64,000 nt of DNA from Nitrospinales bacterium (lineage in GTDB: Bacteria > Nitrospinota > Nitrospinia > Nitrospinales > VA-1), in the NCBI GenBank assembly GCA_965223795.1, contig CBDCXL010000002.1:1248001-1312000 (forward strand), given 5' to 3'. The notes under the pieces were generated by a model, which saw nothing but the letters and a program-made list of their open reading frames with translations, did not search any database and was not told the origin of the DNA. The translations under genes and the position numbers were made by a program. Of this stretch, positions 30,324 to 40,128 are shown one piece after another. The stretch's first letter is position 1. Each line of letters opens with the position of its first letter.

Positions 30324-31391
30324 ATGTCAGGAAATTCCTACGGAAAACTTTTTAAAATCGCCACCTGGGGAGAGTCCCACGGCGCCGGTGTGGGTGTGGT
30401 CGTGGAAGGGTGCCCCGCAGGGCTCGCGATCACGGAAGCGGAGATTCAAAAAGAGCTGGACCGCCGCCGCACGGGTCAGAGCAAGGTGACCACCACGCGC
30501 AAGGAAGGCGACCGCATCCGCATCCTGTCGGGCGTGTTCAAGGGCAAGACCACGGGAACGCCCATTTCCATGTGGGTGGAAAATCAGGACGCGGATTCCT
30601 CTAAATACGAACTGATCAAAGATCTTTACCGGCCGGGGCATGCGGATTTCACCTACGATCAAAAATACGGTTTTCGCGACTACCGCGGCGGCGGGCGTTC
30701 GAGCGCCCGGGAAACGGTAGGCCGGGTGGCCGCGGGCGCGATCGCCAAAAAACTGCTGCGCAGGGAAAAGATCACGGTGATCGGGTTCACCCGGCAGATC
30801 GGCCCGCACGTCGCGCAAACGCTCAATTTAAAAGAGATTGAAAAAAACATCGTTCGCTGCCCGGATAAAAAAGCGGCGGAAAAAATGGTGGAGCACATCA
30901 TGCAGGCGCGCAAGCAGGGCGATTCGGTCGGCGGCGTGGTGGAGGTGATCGCCAGGGGCGTGCCCGCGGGACTGGGGGAGCCGGTGTTCGACCGGCTGGA
31001 CGCGGACCTCGCCAAGGCGATGCTGAGCATCCCGGCGGTCAAGGGCGTGGAGATCGGCATCGGCTTCCAGGCGGCGACGATGCTGGGTTCGGAATGCAAC
31101 GACGCGTTCGTGACGAAGAACAAAAAGATCACCACGCGCACCAATAACGCCGGCGGCGTGCTCGGCGGCATCTCCAACGGCGCGGACATCGTGCTGCGGT
31201 TCGTGGTCAAACCCACTTCTTCCATCAACAAAGAGCAGGACACGGTGACGCGCAAGGGCAAGGCCGCCAAGATCCGCGTGGAAGGCCGTCACGATCCCTG
31301 CGTCTCGCCGCGCGCGGTTCCCATTGCGGAAGCGATGGTCGCGCTCACCCTCATCGACCACCTTTTGCGGCACCGCTCCTCGCGGCTGTGA
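30324..31391 (+). CDS. aroC: Chorismate synthase
   Basis: [32 protein letters not shown]. Confidence 0.97.
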   Translation: MSGNSYGKLFKIATWGESHGAGVGVVVEGCPAGLAITEAEIQKELDRRRTGQSKVTTTRKEGDRIRILSGVFKGKTTGTPISMWVENQDADSSKYELIKDLYRPGHADFTYDQKYGFRDYRGGGRSSARETVGRVAAGAIAKKLLRREKITVIGFTRQIGPHVAQTLNLKEIEKNIVRCPDKKAAEKMVEHIMQARKQGDSVGGVVEVIARGVPAGLGEPVFDRLDADLAKAMLSIPAVKGVEIGIGFQAATMLGSECNDAFVTKNKKITTRTNNAGGVLGGISNGADIVLRFVVKPTSSINKEQDTVTRKGKAAKIRVEGRHDPCVSPRAVPIAEAMVALTLIDHLLRHRSSRL

Positions 31392-31545
31392 CGCGGCGTA
31401 CACCCTGCTGCGCGCGTTCTGCACTCTCCTTCCGGATCGCCCTTTCATTTAAGGGTTGTCACACCCTTTTGAGATCTTTATCCTTAAATTCAACGGAACC
31501 TGCAATTCGGGGAGCGCGTGCGCTTCCGATCCGATTCGCTTTTTC

Positions 31546-32343
31546 ATGATGAAAGTCGGCTTCATTCAAAACAACCCGGTGTTCGGGGCGAAGGAAAGCA
31601 ACCTGGCCCGCATCGTCAGCGTGCTTGCGGAAGCCTCGGCGGACCTGTTCGTCCTGCCGGAGCTGTTCGCCACCGGTTACCAGTTCAAGGACCGCGCCGA
31701 AGCGTTCGACCTTGCCGAAACGGTTCCGGACGGCACCACCTGCACGACGCTGGTGTCGCTGGCGAAAAATCTCAACGCGCACATCGTCGGCGGGTTCGCG
31801 GAACGGGACGGCGACAAGGTCTACAACTCCGCGCTGCTCGCGAGCCCCAAAGGGCTGGTGGCCACCTACCGCAAGGCGCACCTGTTCGATCGGGAAAAGG
31901 AGGTGTTCGATCCCGGCGATTCGCCGCTGCAGGTTCACGACATCGGCATCGCGCGCATCGGCATCATGATCTGCTTCGACTGGCGTTTTCCGGAAACGGC
32001 GCGCACGCTGGCGCTTCAGGGCGCGGACCTGATCGCCCATCCCGCCAACCTGGTGCTCAAACACTGCCCGGAGGCGATGATCACCCGCTGCCTGGAAAAC
32101 CAGATCTACGTGGTCACGGCGGACCGGGTCGGACGCGAGGAACGCATCGACGGGGAAACGCTGGACTTCATCGGCCAGAGCCAGGTGGTGGACCCGCACG
32201 GTCATGTTCTGTACCGGGCGTCGCGCGATCAGGAGGAGATCCAGGTGGTCTCCATCGATCTGGACAAGGCGCGCGACAAGTTTCTCAACGCCCGCAACCA
32301 TCTGTTCGAAGACCGCCGGGAAGACCTTTACAGACTCGAATGA
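31546..32343 (+). CDS. Carbon-nitrogen hydrolase (nitrilase family)
   Basis: LPELF (Glu), YRKAHLF (Lys) and ICFDWRFPE (Cys) triad. Confidence 0.9.
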   Translation: MMKVGFIQNNPVFGAKESNLARIVSVLAEASADLFVLPELFATGYQFKDRAEAFDLAETVPDGTTCTTLVSLAKNLNAHIVGGFAERDGDKVYNSALLASPKGLVATYRKAHLFDREKEVFDPGDSPLQVHDIGIARIGIMICFDWRFPETARTLALQGADLIAHPANLVLKHCPEAMITRCLENQIYVVTADRVGREERIDGETLDFIGQSQVVDPHGHVLYRASRDQEEIQVVSIDLDKARDKFLNARNHLFEDRREDLYRLE

Positions 32344-32453
32344 TTTCTGCTACCCTTGTTGCCTGTTCACCCGCAAATGATTGATTGCCAAGGCAAAGCC
32401 ACGCCCCTGTCCGGCTTGGGGCCGGTTGTCTGTTTTATGGAGAAAGGCGAAGC

Positions 32454-32879
32454 ATGGATAAAAACAAGTCGCGGTTTTTGAAGAAAGACGACGGCACGAT
32501 TTACGATTCTCTGACCAGCCTGACCTGGCTTGCCAACGATTCGCGGCTGGATCTCGATAAGGAAGTGACCTTTGAGGAAGCGGAACAGTACGCGAAAGAC
32601 AAGAACGCCAAGGATTTCGGCGGCCACGCGGACTGGCGTCTGCCCACTGTGCACGAGGCGGCATCTCTGTTCGATAAAAACCACCTGAACAAGGATTTCA
32701 AGGGCGGCGACATCAACATCGATTCGGTGTTCCCGCCCGGCATGGGCAACTGCACCTGGACCAGCGACACGCGCGGCAAGGAAGCGCAGATCCTGTTCTA
32801 TGTGAACGGCTGCCCCTACTGGTACCGCAAGGACGACAAGACCATCTCGCATGCGGTGCGCCTGGTGCGCCGCGACTGA
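32454..32879 (+). CDS. DUF1566 / Lcl C-terminal-like protein
   Basis: DGTIYDSLTSLTW, DWRLPT..E, terminal VRLVR. Confidence 0.75.
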   Translation: MDKNKSRFLKKDDGTIYDSLTSLTWLANDSRLDLDKEVTFEEAEQYAKDKNAKDFGGHADWRLPTVHEAASLFDKNHLNKDFKGGDINIDSVFPPGMGNCTWTSDTRGKEAQILFYVNGCPYWYRKDDKTISHAVRLVRRD

Positions 32880-33190
32880 CTCCGGTACCCCGGAGAGGGG
32901 ACAGGTCCAGCGATTCGGTGCAGGCGAAACTCGTTCGGCATACGTCAAAAGTCATTCGCCCTGATCCCCGACGCACCCCGCTCCCGGAGGGGGGGACAGG
33001 TCGATCGCTCTAAAGCTCACTGTGGGTCGTCGGCACACCTCGAGTGCTCCTCTCCGGTTTACTGACGTGCCCCGTCCCCGGAGTGGGAACAGGTTCGGCG
33101 GTTCAGCGCAGACGGAAGTTGTTGCGCAGGTTCCCAGAATTTTTTCCTTTTCGACCGGCGGGCCCCGTCCCCGGAGCGGGACAAGCTCAA
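32880..33190. repeat. Degenerate ~94-bp tandem repeat with palindromic CCCCGGAG.GGGA core (REP-like)
   Basis: GGAG cores at 32892, 32986, 33080 and 33173 (spacing 94, 94, 93); intervening segments are weakly homologous. Confidence 0.75.
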
Positions 33191-33219
33191 TGGAATGATG
33201 AGTTATGAAGGCGGGCCGT

Positions 33220-33813
33220 TCAATCTTCGAGCAGTTTGGGGTTGGGCAGCTCCAGGCCGAAGGCCTTCACCGTTTCGTCCTGGCGGGTGTAGGCGCGGTA
33301 GAGCTTCTGAAACTCGGGCGTTTCCAGTGCCGGGTCGAGAAGCTTCGCCACCTGCTTGCGGGTGATCGGCTGCAGCGAGCTTTCGGCGAACAGGGAGGTC
33401 GCCACGCCGACCCAGTGGGCCGAGATGAACCCCTGATGCACCAGTCCTTTCACCTCTCCGTAGTAATCCAGCGTTTTTCTCAGCGCGTGCCGGGCGATGT
33501 ACGCCGGCACGCAGCGTCCGATGGCGACGATGCGGGACGGGTTGTCGGCGGGATAGATCCACAGGCGCACGCGCGTTCTCCCCATTTCGGAAAATTCCCG
33601 CTTCACCTGACGCCATTCTTTTTCGTAGCGCTTGGAAATCCAGGCTTCGAGCATCACCGGTTTTTCGGTCACCGGCCGGCAGACCGCCGGTTCGGCGGCG
33701 GCAGCCATGCCTGAGAAGCAAGGCAGGCTCAAAGCGGCGCAAACGATTGCCAAAACACCGCATAGAACGGGAAACGGTCTGCCTGCGTTAAGGGTTTTCG
33801 AATTTTTTGGCAT
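33220..33813 (-). CDS. Exported hypothetical protein (paralog of 33788..34330)
   Basis: Signal peptide; shares E.WISK, EF.E.G.TRV, VA.GRCVPA..ARH.L, QGF...HWVG, LLDP.L.T.EFQ.LYR with its neighbour. Confidence 0.75.
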   Translation of the reverse strand: MPKNSKTLNAGRPFPVLCGVLAIVCAALSLPCFSGMAAAAEPAVCRPVTEKPVMLEAWISKRYEKEWRQVKREFSEMGRTRVRLWIYPADNPSRIVAIGRCVPAYIARHALRKTLDYYGEVKGLVHQGFISAHWVGVATSLFAESSLQPITRKQVAKLLDPALETPEFQKLYRAYTRQDETVKAFGLELPNPKLLED

Positions 33814-34330
33814 TGGGACGCTGCAATCCGAAAAAGGGAACGGTTTCGTCCTGCACGGAAAACTTCCGGTACAAGGCTTGAAATTCCTCGGTGCTGAGCT
33901 TGGGGTCCAGAAGCTGCTGCACCTGCTCGGCGTTGACGATCTGCTGGGAGGGCTCGTCGAACACGGTGGTGCCGATGCCCACCCAGTGCGGCGCGAGAAA
34001 TCCCTGGTTCACCAGGCTTTCGATCCCGCCGGTGTATTTCAAGGCGGTGTTGAGGATGTGACGGGCGTGGGGCGCGGGGACGCAGCGGCCCACGGCGACG
34101 ACTTTGGCGGTGTTCCCCATGGGAAACACTTTGAGGACCACGCGCGTGTGCCCGAGCTCGGCGAATTCCTTTTTGATGGCTTTTTTCTGTTTTTTGAATT
34201 TCTTGGAGATCCAGCCTTCGACTTTGACGCGTTTTTTCTCCAGCGGCGGGCAGTCCGTCTCCGCAGCCGCGGAGTGGGTCAAAAACAGCAGCAGGCAAGC
34301 CCCGATCACCGTGAACCGTATTCTTTTCAT
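33788..34330 (-). CDS. Exported hypothetical protein (paralog of 33220..33813)
   Basis: Signal peptide MKRIRFTVIGACLLLFL; motifs shared with the downstream paralog; start moved to ATG 34330. Confidence 0.75.
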   Translation of the reverse strand: MKRIRFTVIGACLLLFLTHSAAAETDCPPLEKKRVKVEGWISKKFKKQKKAIKKEFAELGHTRVVLKVFPMGNTAKVVAVGRCVPAPHARHILNTALKYTGGIESLVNQGFLAPHWVGIGTTVFDEPSQQIVNAEQVQQLLDPKLSTEEFQALYRKFSVQDETVPFFGLQRPNAKKFENP

Positions 34331-34475
34331 GACTTTTTCCCGGATCGCGCCCACCGGCCAGGCAGGGAAATGTCCTCCGGCGCGCGGGCGTCGTCTGTTA
34401 TAATAAAACACCTTGATACGGGTGCTGTGTAGGCATTGTAACGGAATTTCGGCGGGAAACGAAGTGTCCGGAAAT

Positions 34476-34700
34476 TCAGGCTTTTTTTTGCGTGTATTCC
34501 TCCGCGCACTTTTCGCTGCAGAAGAAAAACTTTTCCTTGCCCACCGTTTTTTCCAGGGCTTCGTTCTTGGGAACGTAGGTTTCGCAGTTCGGATCCTTGA
34601 CCATTTCCCGTGTTGCTTTTTTTTCGGGAGAGGCAAAAAACAGCCGAACCATCCAGATGAAAACGGCGATGATGATGCCTATCAATGCGATGCGTGCCAT
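34476..34700 (-). CDS. Small membrane-anchored YHS/TRASH-domain protein
   Basis: TM helix followed by MVKDPNC...FFCSEKC. Confidence 0.8.
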   Translation of the reverse strand: MARIALIGIIIAVFIWMVRLFFASPEKKATREMVKDPNCETYVPKNEALEKTVGKEKFFFCSEKCAEEYTQKKA

Positions 34701-34839
34701 GCTTCTATTCTAGTTTCTACCAGCATTGAATTCAAGGACGGCGCAAGGTTTTTAAAGCTCAGGCCGCCCCCGGCCCGGCTCGTGAAAACGCTTGAATTTT
34801 CAGCTTTCCGAGACCCGGGCCGCACAGACTTAAGGATCG

Positions 34840-35775
34840 ATGAACAAAGACATATCACCAGAAGAGCTTGAGGGTCACGAAAAACCCGAAGAATCGCTGC
34901 TTCCCGTCAAGCGGACCGACGCTTCGCTGGTTCCGCGCGATCCGCTGACGGCGTACCTGCAGGAAATCCAGAGCCATGAGATGCTCACCGAAGAGGAAGA
35001 GCACCGGCTGGCGGTCAAGTTCAAGGAAGAAGGGGACCTCAACGCGGCGTACCGGCTGACGACGTCGCATCTCATGCTGGTGGTCCGCATCGCCATGACG
35101 TTCAAGCGCGAATGGAACAACCTCATGGACCTCATTCAGGAAGGCAACGTGGGGCTCATGAAGGCGGTCAAGAACTTCGACCCGTTCCGCGGCGTCCGGC
35201 TGTCCGCGTACGCGACCTGGTGGATCCGCTCGTACATGCTGAAATACATCATCGACAACTGGCGGCTGGTGAAGGTGGGCACGACCAACGCGCGGCGCAA
35301 ACTGCTGTTCAACCTGAAACGGGAAAAGGAAAAACTGGAACGGGAGGGGTTCGCGCCGACGACCAAATTGCTGGCGGAGCGGTTCGGCGTCGATGAGGGC
35401 GAGGTGATCGACGTGGAAGCCAGCCTGGGGGCGGCGGATGTGTCGATGGACGCGCCGGTGCATCCGGACAGCCCGGTGACGCCGGAAAATTCGCTGGCCC
35501 ACTCCGATTCCACGGAGCAACAGGTGGAGTCGGATCTTTTCCGCCAGCGGCTGCGCGACAAGCTGGCGCAGTTTACGGTCGATCTCAAGCCCATTGAAAC
35601 GGAAATCCTCAACGACCGGGTGCTGTCCGAATCGCCGCTGTCGCTGCAGGCGATCGGCGATAACCACGGCATCACCCGCGAGGCGGTGCGGCAGGCGGAA
35701 GGCAGGCTGCTGAAAAAACTGAAGGCGTACCTCGAAGAACACCTGCCGGAAGCGGCGGAGTACTTCAAACCCTGA
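34840..35775 (+). CDS. rpoH: RNA polymerase sigma factor, RpoH (sigma32)-like
   Basis: DLIQEGNVGLMKAV..FDP.RG, YATWWIR, RpoH-box-like TTNARRKLLFNL, region 4 TREAVRQ. Confidence 0.8.
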   Translation: MNKDISPEELEGHEKPEESLLPVKRTDASLVPRDPLTAYLQEIQSHEMLTEEEEHRLAVKFKEEGDLNAAYRLTTSHLMLVVRIAMTFKREWNNLMDLIQEGNVGLMKAVKNFDPFRGVRLSAYATWWIRSYMLKYIIDNWRLVKVGTTNARRKLLFNLKREKEKLEREGFAPTTKLLAERFGVDEGEVIDVEASLGAADVSMDAPVHPDSPVTPENSLAHSDSTEQQVESDLFRQRLRDKLAQFTVDLKPIETEILNDRVLSESPLSLQAIGDNHGITREAVRQAEGRLLKKLKAYLEEHLPEAAEYFKP

Positions 35776-35949
35776 CGCGGGCTCCGGCCGGTGGCGATTA
35801 CGCCTCGTGGCGGCGTGATCCGGCTTCGCGCTCAATTTTCCGGTGCGCCCGCCGGTTTTGCGGGGAACTTTTTATTTTTTTAGGGGAAGCTTTGTTGTTT
35901 GGGCCCGCGGTCGCGGGATCGGGGCTCGATTATTTTGAGGGAGGGGAAG

Positions 35950-37338
35950 ATGGAACATCGCATTGAAACTGACAGCATGGGGGAAATCCAGGTCCCGGCG
36001 GACCGCTACTTCGGCGCGCAGACGGCCCGGTCGCTGATCCATTTCGACATCGGCACGGAAACGATGCCGCGCGAGATCATCCGCGGCATGGGCATCCTGA
36101 AAAAGGCGGCGGCGATCGTCAACTGCAAGCTCGGCCTTCTGGACGCGGAGAAAAAGGACCTGATGGTCCAGGCCGCCGACGAGGTGATCGAAGGCAAACT
36201 CGACGACCATTTTCCCCTGCGCGTCTGGCAGACCGGAAGCGGCACGCAGAGCAACATGAACAGCAACGAAGTGATCGCCAACCGCGCCATCGAGATCAGC
36301 GGCGGGAAAATGGGATCGAAAACGCCGGTCCACCCCAACGATCACGTGAACATGGGCCAGTCCTCCAACGACACCTTTCCCACGGCCATGCACATCGCCG
36401 CGGTGGACCGCATTCACGAGCGGCTGATCCCGACGGTGACGCAGCTGCGCGACACGTTTAGGCAGAAGACCGAGGCGTTCAAGGACATCATCAAGATCGG
36501 CCGCACGCACCTGATGGACGCGACGCCGCTGACGCTGGGGCAGGAATTCAGCGGCTACCGCACGCAGCTCGATTATTCGCTCGACCGCATCCAGAGCTGC
36601 CTGCCGCGCCTGTACCAGATCGCGCTGGGCGGCACGGCGGTGGGCACGGGGCTCAACTCGCACCGCGATTTCGCGGTGATGGTGGCGGAAGAGATCGCGT
36701 CGCTCACCGGCCAGCCGTTCGTCACCGCGCCCAACAAGTTCGAATCCCTGGCCGCGCACGACGCGATCGTCGAGGCCAGCGGCGTGATGAAAACGATCGC
36801 CTGCTCGTTGATGAAGATCGCCAACGACATCCGCTGGCTGGGTTCGGGGCCGCGCTGCGGCATCGGCGAGATCACGCTGCCCGCCAACGAGCCGGGAAGC
36901 TCGATCATGCCAGGGAAGGTGAACCCGACGCAGTCGGAAGCGATGACGATGGTGGCGGCGCAGGTGCTGGGCAACGACACAGCGGTGAACGTGGGCGGCA
37001 GCTCCGGCAATTTCGAGCTCAACGTGTTCAAGCCGGTGATGATCTACAACCTGCTGCAATCGATCCGGCTGATCGCGGATTCTTCGGAATCGTTCAACAA
37101 CCACTGCGCCGTGGGCATCCAGCCGAATCACCTGGCCATCGAAGCGCACCTGAAAAATTCGCTGATGCTGGTGACGGCGCTCAACCCGCACATCGGCTAC
37201 GACAACGCCGCCAAGGTGGCGAAGAAAGCCTACGAGGAAAACACCTCGCTCAAGGAAGCGGTGGTGGCGCTGAGCCTGATGAGCGCCGAGGAGTTCGACG
37301 AGAAGGTGCGCCCGGAAAAGATGACGGGCCCAAAATAA
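35950..37338 (+). CDS. fumC: Class II fumarate hydratase
   Basis: [26 protein letters not shown]. Confidence 0.97.
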   Translation: MEHRIETDSMGEIQVPADRYFGAQTARSLIHFDIGTETMPREIIRGMGILKKAAAIVNCKLGLLDAEKKDLMVQAADEVIEGKLDDHFPLRVWQTGSGTQSNMNSNEVIANRAIEISGGKMGSKTPVHPNDHVNMGQSSNDTFPTAMHIAAVDRIHERLIPTVTQLRDTFRQKTEAFKDIIKIGRTHLMDATPLTLGQEFSGYRTQLDYSLDRIQSCLPRLYQIALGGTAVGTGLNSHRDFAVMVAEEIASLTGQPFVTAPNKFESLAAHDAIVEASGVMKTIACSLMKIANDIRWLGSGPRCGIGEITLPANEPGSSIMPGKVNPTQSEAMTMVAAQVLGNDTAVNVGGSSGNFELNVFKPVMIYNLLQSIRLIADSSESFNNHCAVGIQPNHLAIEAHLKNSLMLVTALNPHIGYDNAAKVAKKAYEENTSLKEAVVALSLMSAEEFDEKVRPEKMTGPK

Positions 37339-37395
37339 ACCGGCGCGGCAACTGTAGATGCGCAAAATTCAAAAACGAACAAAGGAAGGATTCTT

Positions 37396-37851
37396 ATGGA
37401 AATTATTTTCCATATCGCATCTTTTGTTGTTATTTTGCTTTTTTACGCATTAAGTCTGGCCCTGCTCGGGAACATTCTTTTAAAAGCTGTAGCGTTAACT
37501 GATATATATTTATCCAAGCCTATTTCTATAGCATTGGGGTTTACGGGAATATGCTCCAGTGTATTGTGCATTGTTGGAGCTAGTATGCTGATGAAATACT
37601 TTGGCTATACGCTTAGCATGATTCCAGTAATTATTTACAGCGTAATGATACTTTTTGGAATAGCGAAAAATATAGGCGACTCAATAACAATGAAAAGAAT
37701 TAATCTGGAACAAGAAGGCCATTATGTATTAACAGGAGAGAGGGTTCTGAGTGATGCAGATCGTGTGAAGTATAAGTTTATGGGTCAACTCAATGGAACT
37801 CTTATAGGTTTACCTTTGGGAATTATTATTCACTACAACTTTATAATTTAA
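37396..37851 (+). CDS. AT-rich hypothetical membrane protein
   Basis: AAGGA RBS; about four hydrophobic segments; GC much lower than the flanks. Confidence 0.65.
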   Translation: MEIIFHIASFVVILLFYALSLALLGNILLKAVALTDIYLSKPISIALGFTGICSSVLCIVGASMLMKYFGYTLSMIPVIIYSVMILFGIAKNIGDSITMKRINLEQEGHYVLTGERVLSDADRVKYKFMGQLNGTLIGLPLGIIIHYNFII

Positions 37852-37911
37852 ACAAATTTCATTCATTTATTTCTCGGTGAACACTTCTATAGAAATATAA
37901 ACAAGTAGTCT

Positions 37912-38149
37912 ATCGACCTGCAGATTTCCCAGCAGGAACACTTCAATGAGTTCATCGACCTGCAGACAGGGACGCTACGGCTCGGCCAGCGAGGTGGTGC
38001 GCGCGGGCCTCAGGCTGCTGGAAGAACACGAATCGAAAGTTCAGGCCCTGCGCGCGGCGTTGATCGAAGGGGAAAACAGCGGCCCCGCAAAAAAATTCAA
38101 GGCGGGTTCCTTTTTGTCTTCGGTGAAAAAAAGAAAAAAGAATGGCTGA
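37912..38149 (+). pseudogene. parD: ParD-family antitoxin with rearranged, frameshifted N-terminus (67-aa ORF from 37946 remains)
   Basis: [18 protein letters not shown]...[12 protein letters not shown] is typical ParD; the expected [10 protein letters not shown] segment is in another frame; 13-bp direct repeat at 37912 and 37954. Confidence 0.7.
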
Positions 38150-38432
38150 ATGCCTGCTTCGGCCCAAAGCGGTTGAAGACCTCGAAGGCATCTGGCAATT
38201 CACTATTGAAAACCGGGGGGAAGATCAGGCCGATCAGTATATTCGCGATCTGGAGCAATCCTTTCAGGCGTTGACGGCCAATCCCGGGTTGGGAAGATCC
38301 TGCGATGACATCCGGGAAGGGTATTCTAAATATCCCGCGGGCAAACATCTGATCTTTTACCGGCGCATTCCAAAAGGCATCGAAATCGTCCGCGTCCTGC
38401 ATCAAAGCATGGACCCGGATCTGCATTTTTAA
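38142..38432 (+). CDS. parE: ParE-family toxin
   Basis: A.EDLEGIW.FT....[34 protein letters not shown]. Confidence 0.88.
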   Translation: MAECLLRPKAVEDLEGIWQFTIENRGEDQADQYIRDLEQSFQALTANPGLGRSCDDIREGYSKYPAGKHLIFYRRIPKGIEIVRVLHQSMDPDLHF

Positions 38433-38548
38433 ACGCTCCCCTTCCTTCACATCCGTGGGACGGATTCCCGTCCACACTCCCGGCCCGCATCAGACTTCGA
38501 CAGCAAACAAGTAAAAATCGAACAGCGTCTGCGTTATTCCAGACCACC

Positions 38549-38573
38549 CTCTCCCTTAGGGAGAGTTTTTTTT
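38549..38573 (+). terminator. Intrinsic terminator after parE
   Basis: CTCTCCC-tta-GGGAGAG followed by T8. Confidence 0.8.
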
Positions 38574-38609
38574 ATGGATTCGGGATCGGTGAAGCCGCTG
38601 TGCGGGAGG

Positions 38610-39623
38610 TCACTCGGCGTATTCGAACATGCGCTCGACGCAACGCAGGGCGTCCTTCTGCACGTCGGAGCTGAGTGTGATGATGTTGCCGGACCGGGGG
38701 TTTTCGAGGACGTTTAAAATGTCCTCCAGCGAATTGGATTTCATGTAGCGGCAGGTGGTGCAGCTGCCGACGAACTTGCGTTCGGGAAACTCGGACTGCA
38801 ACACGCCGGTGAGCCCGCATTCGGTGAGCAGGAAAAAAGTGTCGCGGTCAGACTGGCGCACGTGGTTGAGCATGCCGGAGGTGCTGCCGACGAAATCGGC
38901 CTTGTCCACGACGCTGGGCTGGCATTCGGGGTGCACGAGGACCTCGACGCCGGTGAAGTTTTTGCGCACCTGGTCGATGCTTTCGGGCTGATACTCTTCG
39001 TGCACGTAGCAGGTGCCGTCGTACACTTCGATCTGCTTGTGCACGCCTTTTTTCGTCAGGTGCTTGATGACGTTCTCGCCCATGAGACGGTCGGGCAGGA
39101 AAAAGATTTTATCGTTATCGATGCGCTCGATGATTTTGTACACGTTGGACGAAGTCACGCACACGTGGCACTGCGCCTTCACCGCGGCGGTGGTGTTGAT
39201 GTAGCACACGAAGGTGTGGTCGGGAAACTCGGCGCGCAGCCGCTTCACATCGCCTGCGGTGATGCCGTCGGCGAGGGTGCAGCCGCCGTTGGGATTCGGG
39301 TCGAGCACGGTCTTTTCGGGATTCAGGATCTTCGCGGTCTCGGCCATGAAGCGCACCGCCGCGAACACGATGACATCGGCGTCGGAATCGCGCGCGGTTC
39401 TGGACAGGCCGAAGGAGTCGCCGGTGTGGTCGGCGACGCCGTAAAGGATCTGCGGCGCGACGTAATTGTGCGCCAGCACGATGGCGTTTTTTTCGCGCTT
39501 GAGCTCCTCGATCCTCTTGATCGTGGGCATGAGGGTTTCGCAGGTCTCGCGGGTGAACTTGCAGACCGGGTTGCCCACCTGGATGTCCTTCAGTTTTTCG
39601 TAGAGTGTTTCCGCTGTGACCAT
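38610..39623 (-). CDS. nadA: Quinolinate synthase
   Basis: LAHNY, GDSFGLS, FMAETAKILNP, GCTLA, CYVH, HPEC, CRYMK. Confidence 0.95.
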   Translation of the reverse strand: MVTAETLYEKLKDIQVGNPVCKFTRETCETLMPTIKRIEELKREKNAIVLAHNYVAPQILYGVADHTGDSFGLSRTARDSDADVIVFAAVRFMAETAKILNPEKTVLDPNPNGGCTLADGITAGDVKRLRAEFPDHTFVCYINTTAAVKAQCHVCVTSSNVYKIIERIDNDKIFFLPDRLMGENVIKHLTKKGVHKQIEVYDGTCYVHEEYQPESIDQVRKNFTGVEVLVHPECQPSVVDKADFVGSTSGMLNHVRQSDRDTFFLLTECGLTGVLQSEFPERKFVGSCTTCRYMKSNSLEDILNVLENPRSGNIITLSSDVQKDALRCVERMFEYAE

Positions 39624-39627
39624 CGCT

Positions 39628-39972
39628 TCACCCCGGAGGCCATTTGAGGCCCCTGCCACCCAACAGGTGGAAGTGAATGTGAAAGACGGACTGACCGGCG
39701 CCTTCGCCGCAGTTGAGCACCAGCCGGTACCCTGTTTCGCTCAGGCCGTTCTCTTTCGCCAGTTCGTTGGCGACGGAAAACACCGAACCGTTCCAGACAT
39801 CGTCGCTGGCGTCGATCTCCCAAAGGGTCGCAACGTGCTTTTTGGGAATGATCAGAAGGTGAACCGGTGCCTGCGGGTTGATGTCCTTGATCGCGAACAG
39901 GGTTTTCCCGTCGTATACTTTTTCAGATGGGATTTCTCCTTTTTCGATTCGACAAAAAAGACAATTTTCCAT
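39628..39972 (-). CDS. HIT-family nucleotide-binding protein
   Basis: CLFC, DINPQAPVH, GQSVFHIHFH. Confidence 0.93.
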   Translation of the reverse strand: MENCLFCRIEKGEIPSEKVYDGKTLFAIKDINPQAPVHLLIIPKKHVATLWEIDASDDVWNGSVFSVANELAKENGLSETGYRLVLNCGEGAGQSVFHIHFHLLGGRGLKWPPG

Positions 39973-40128
39973 TTTTCAATGAGTTGTTTGAGTGGGAAAA
40001 GGATTTCCAAATATAGCAATTTATTCCGCAAGGTGCCAAAATAATTCGCATGGAGGCATGCGTGCACAACGCCGATCCCCCGCCGCGCGGACGGGAAGCA
40101 TTCGCGCGTTTCAGGCTAGCGATGGATT

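Noticed and set aside
32880..33190. CRISPR array
   Set aside because: Repeats are degenerate, the ~60-bp intervening segments are homologous to each other, and there are no cas genes; kept as a tandem or REP-like repeat
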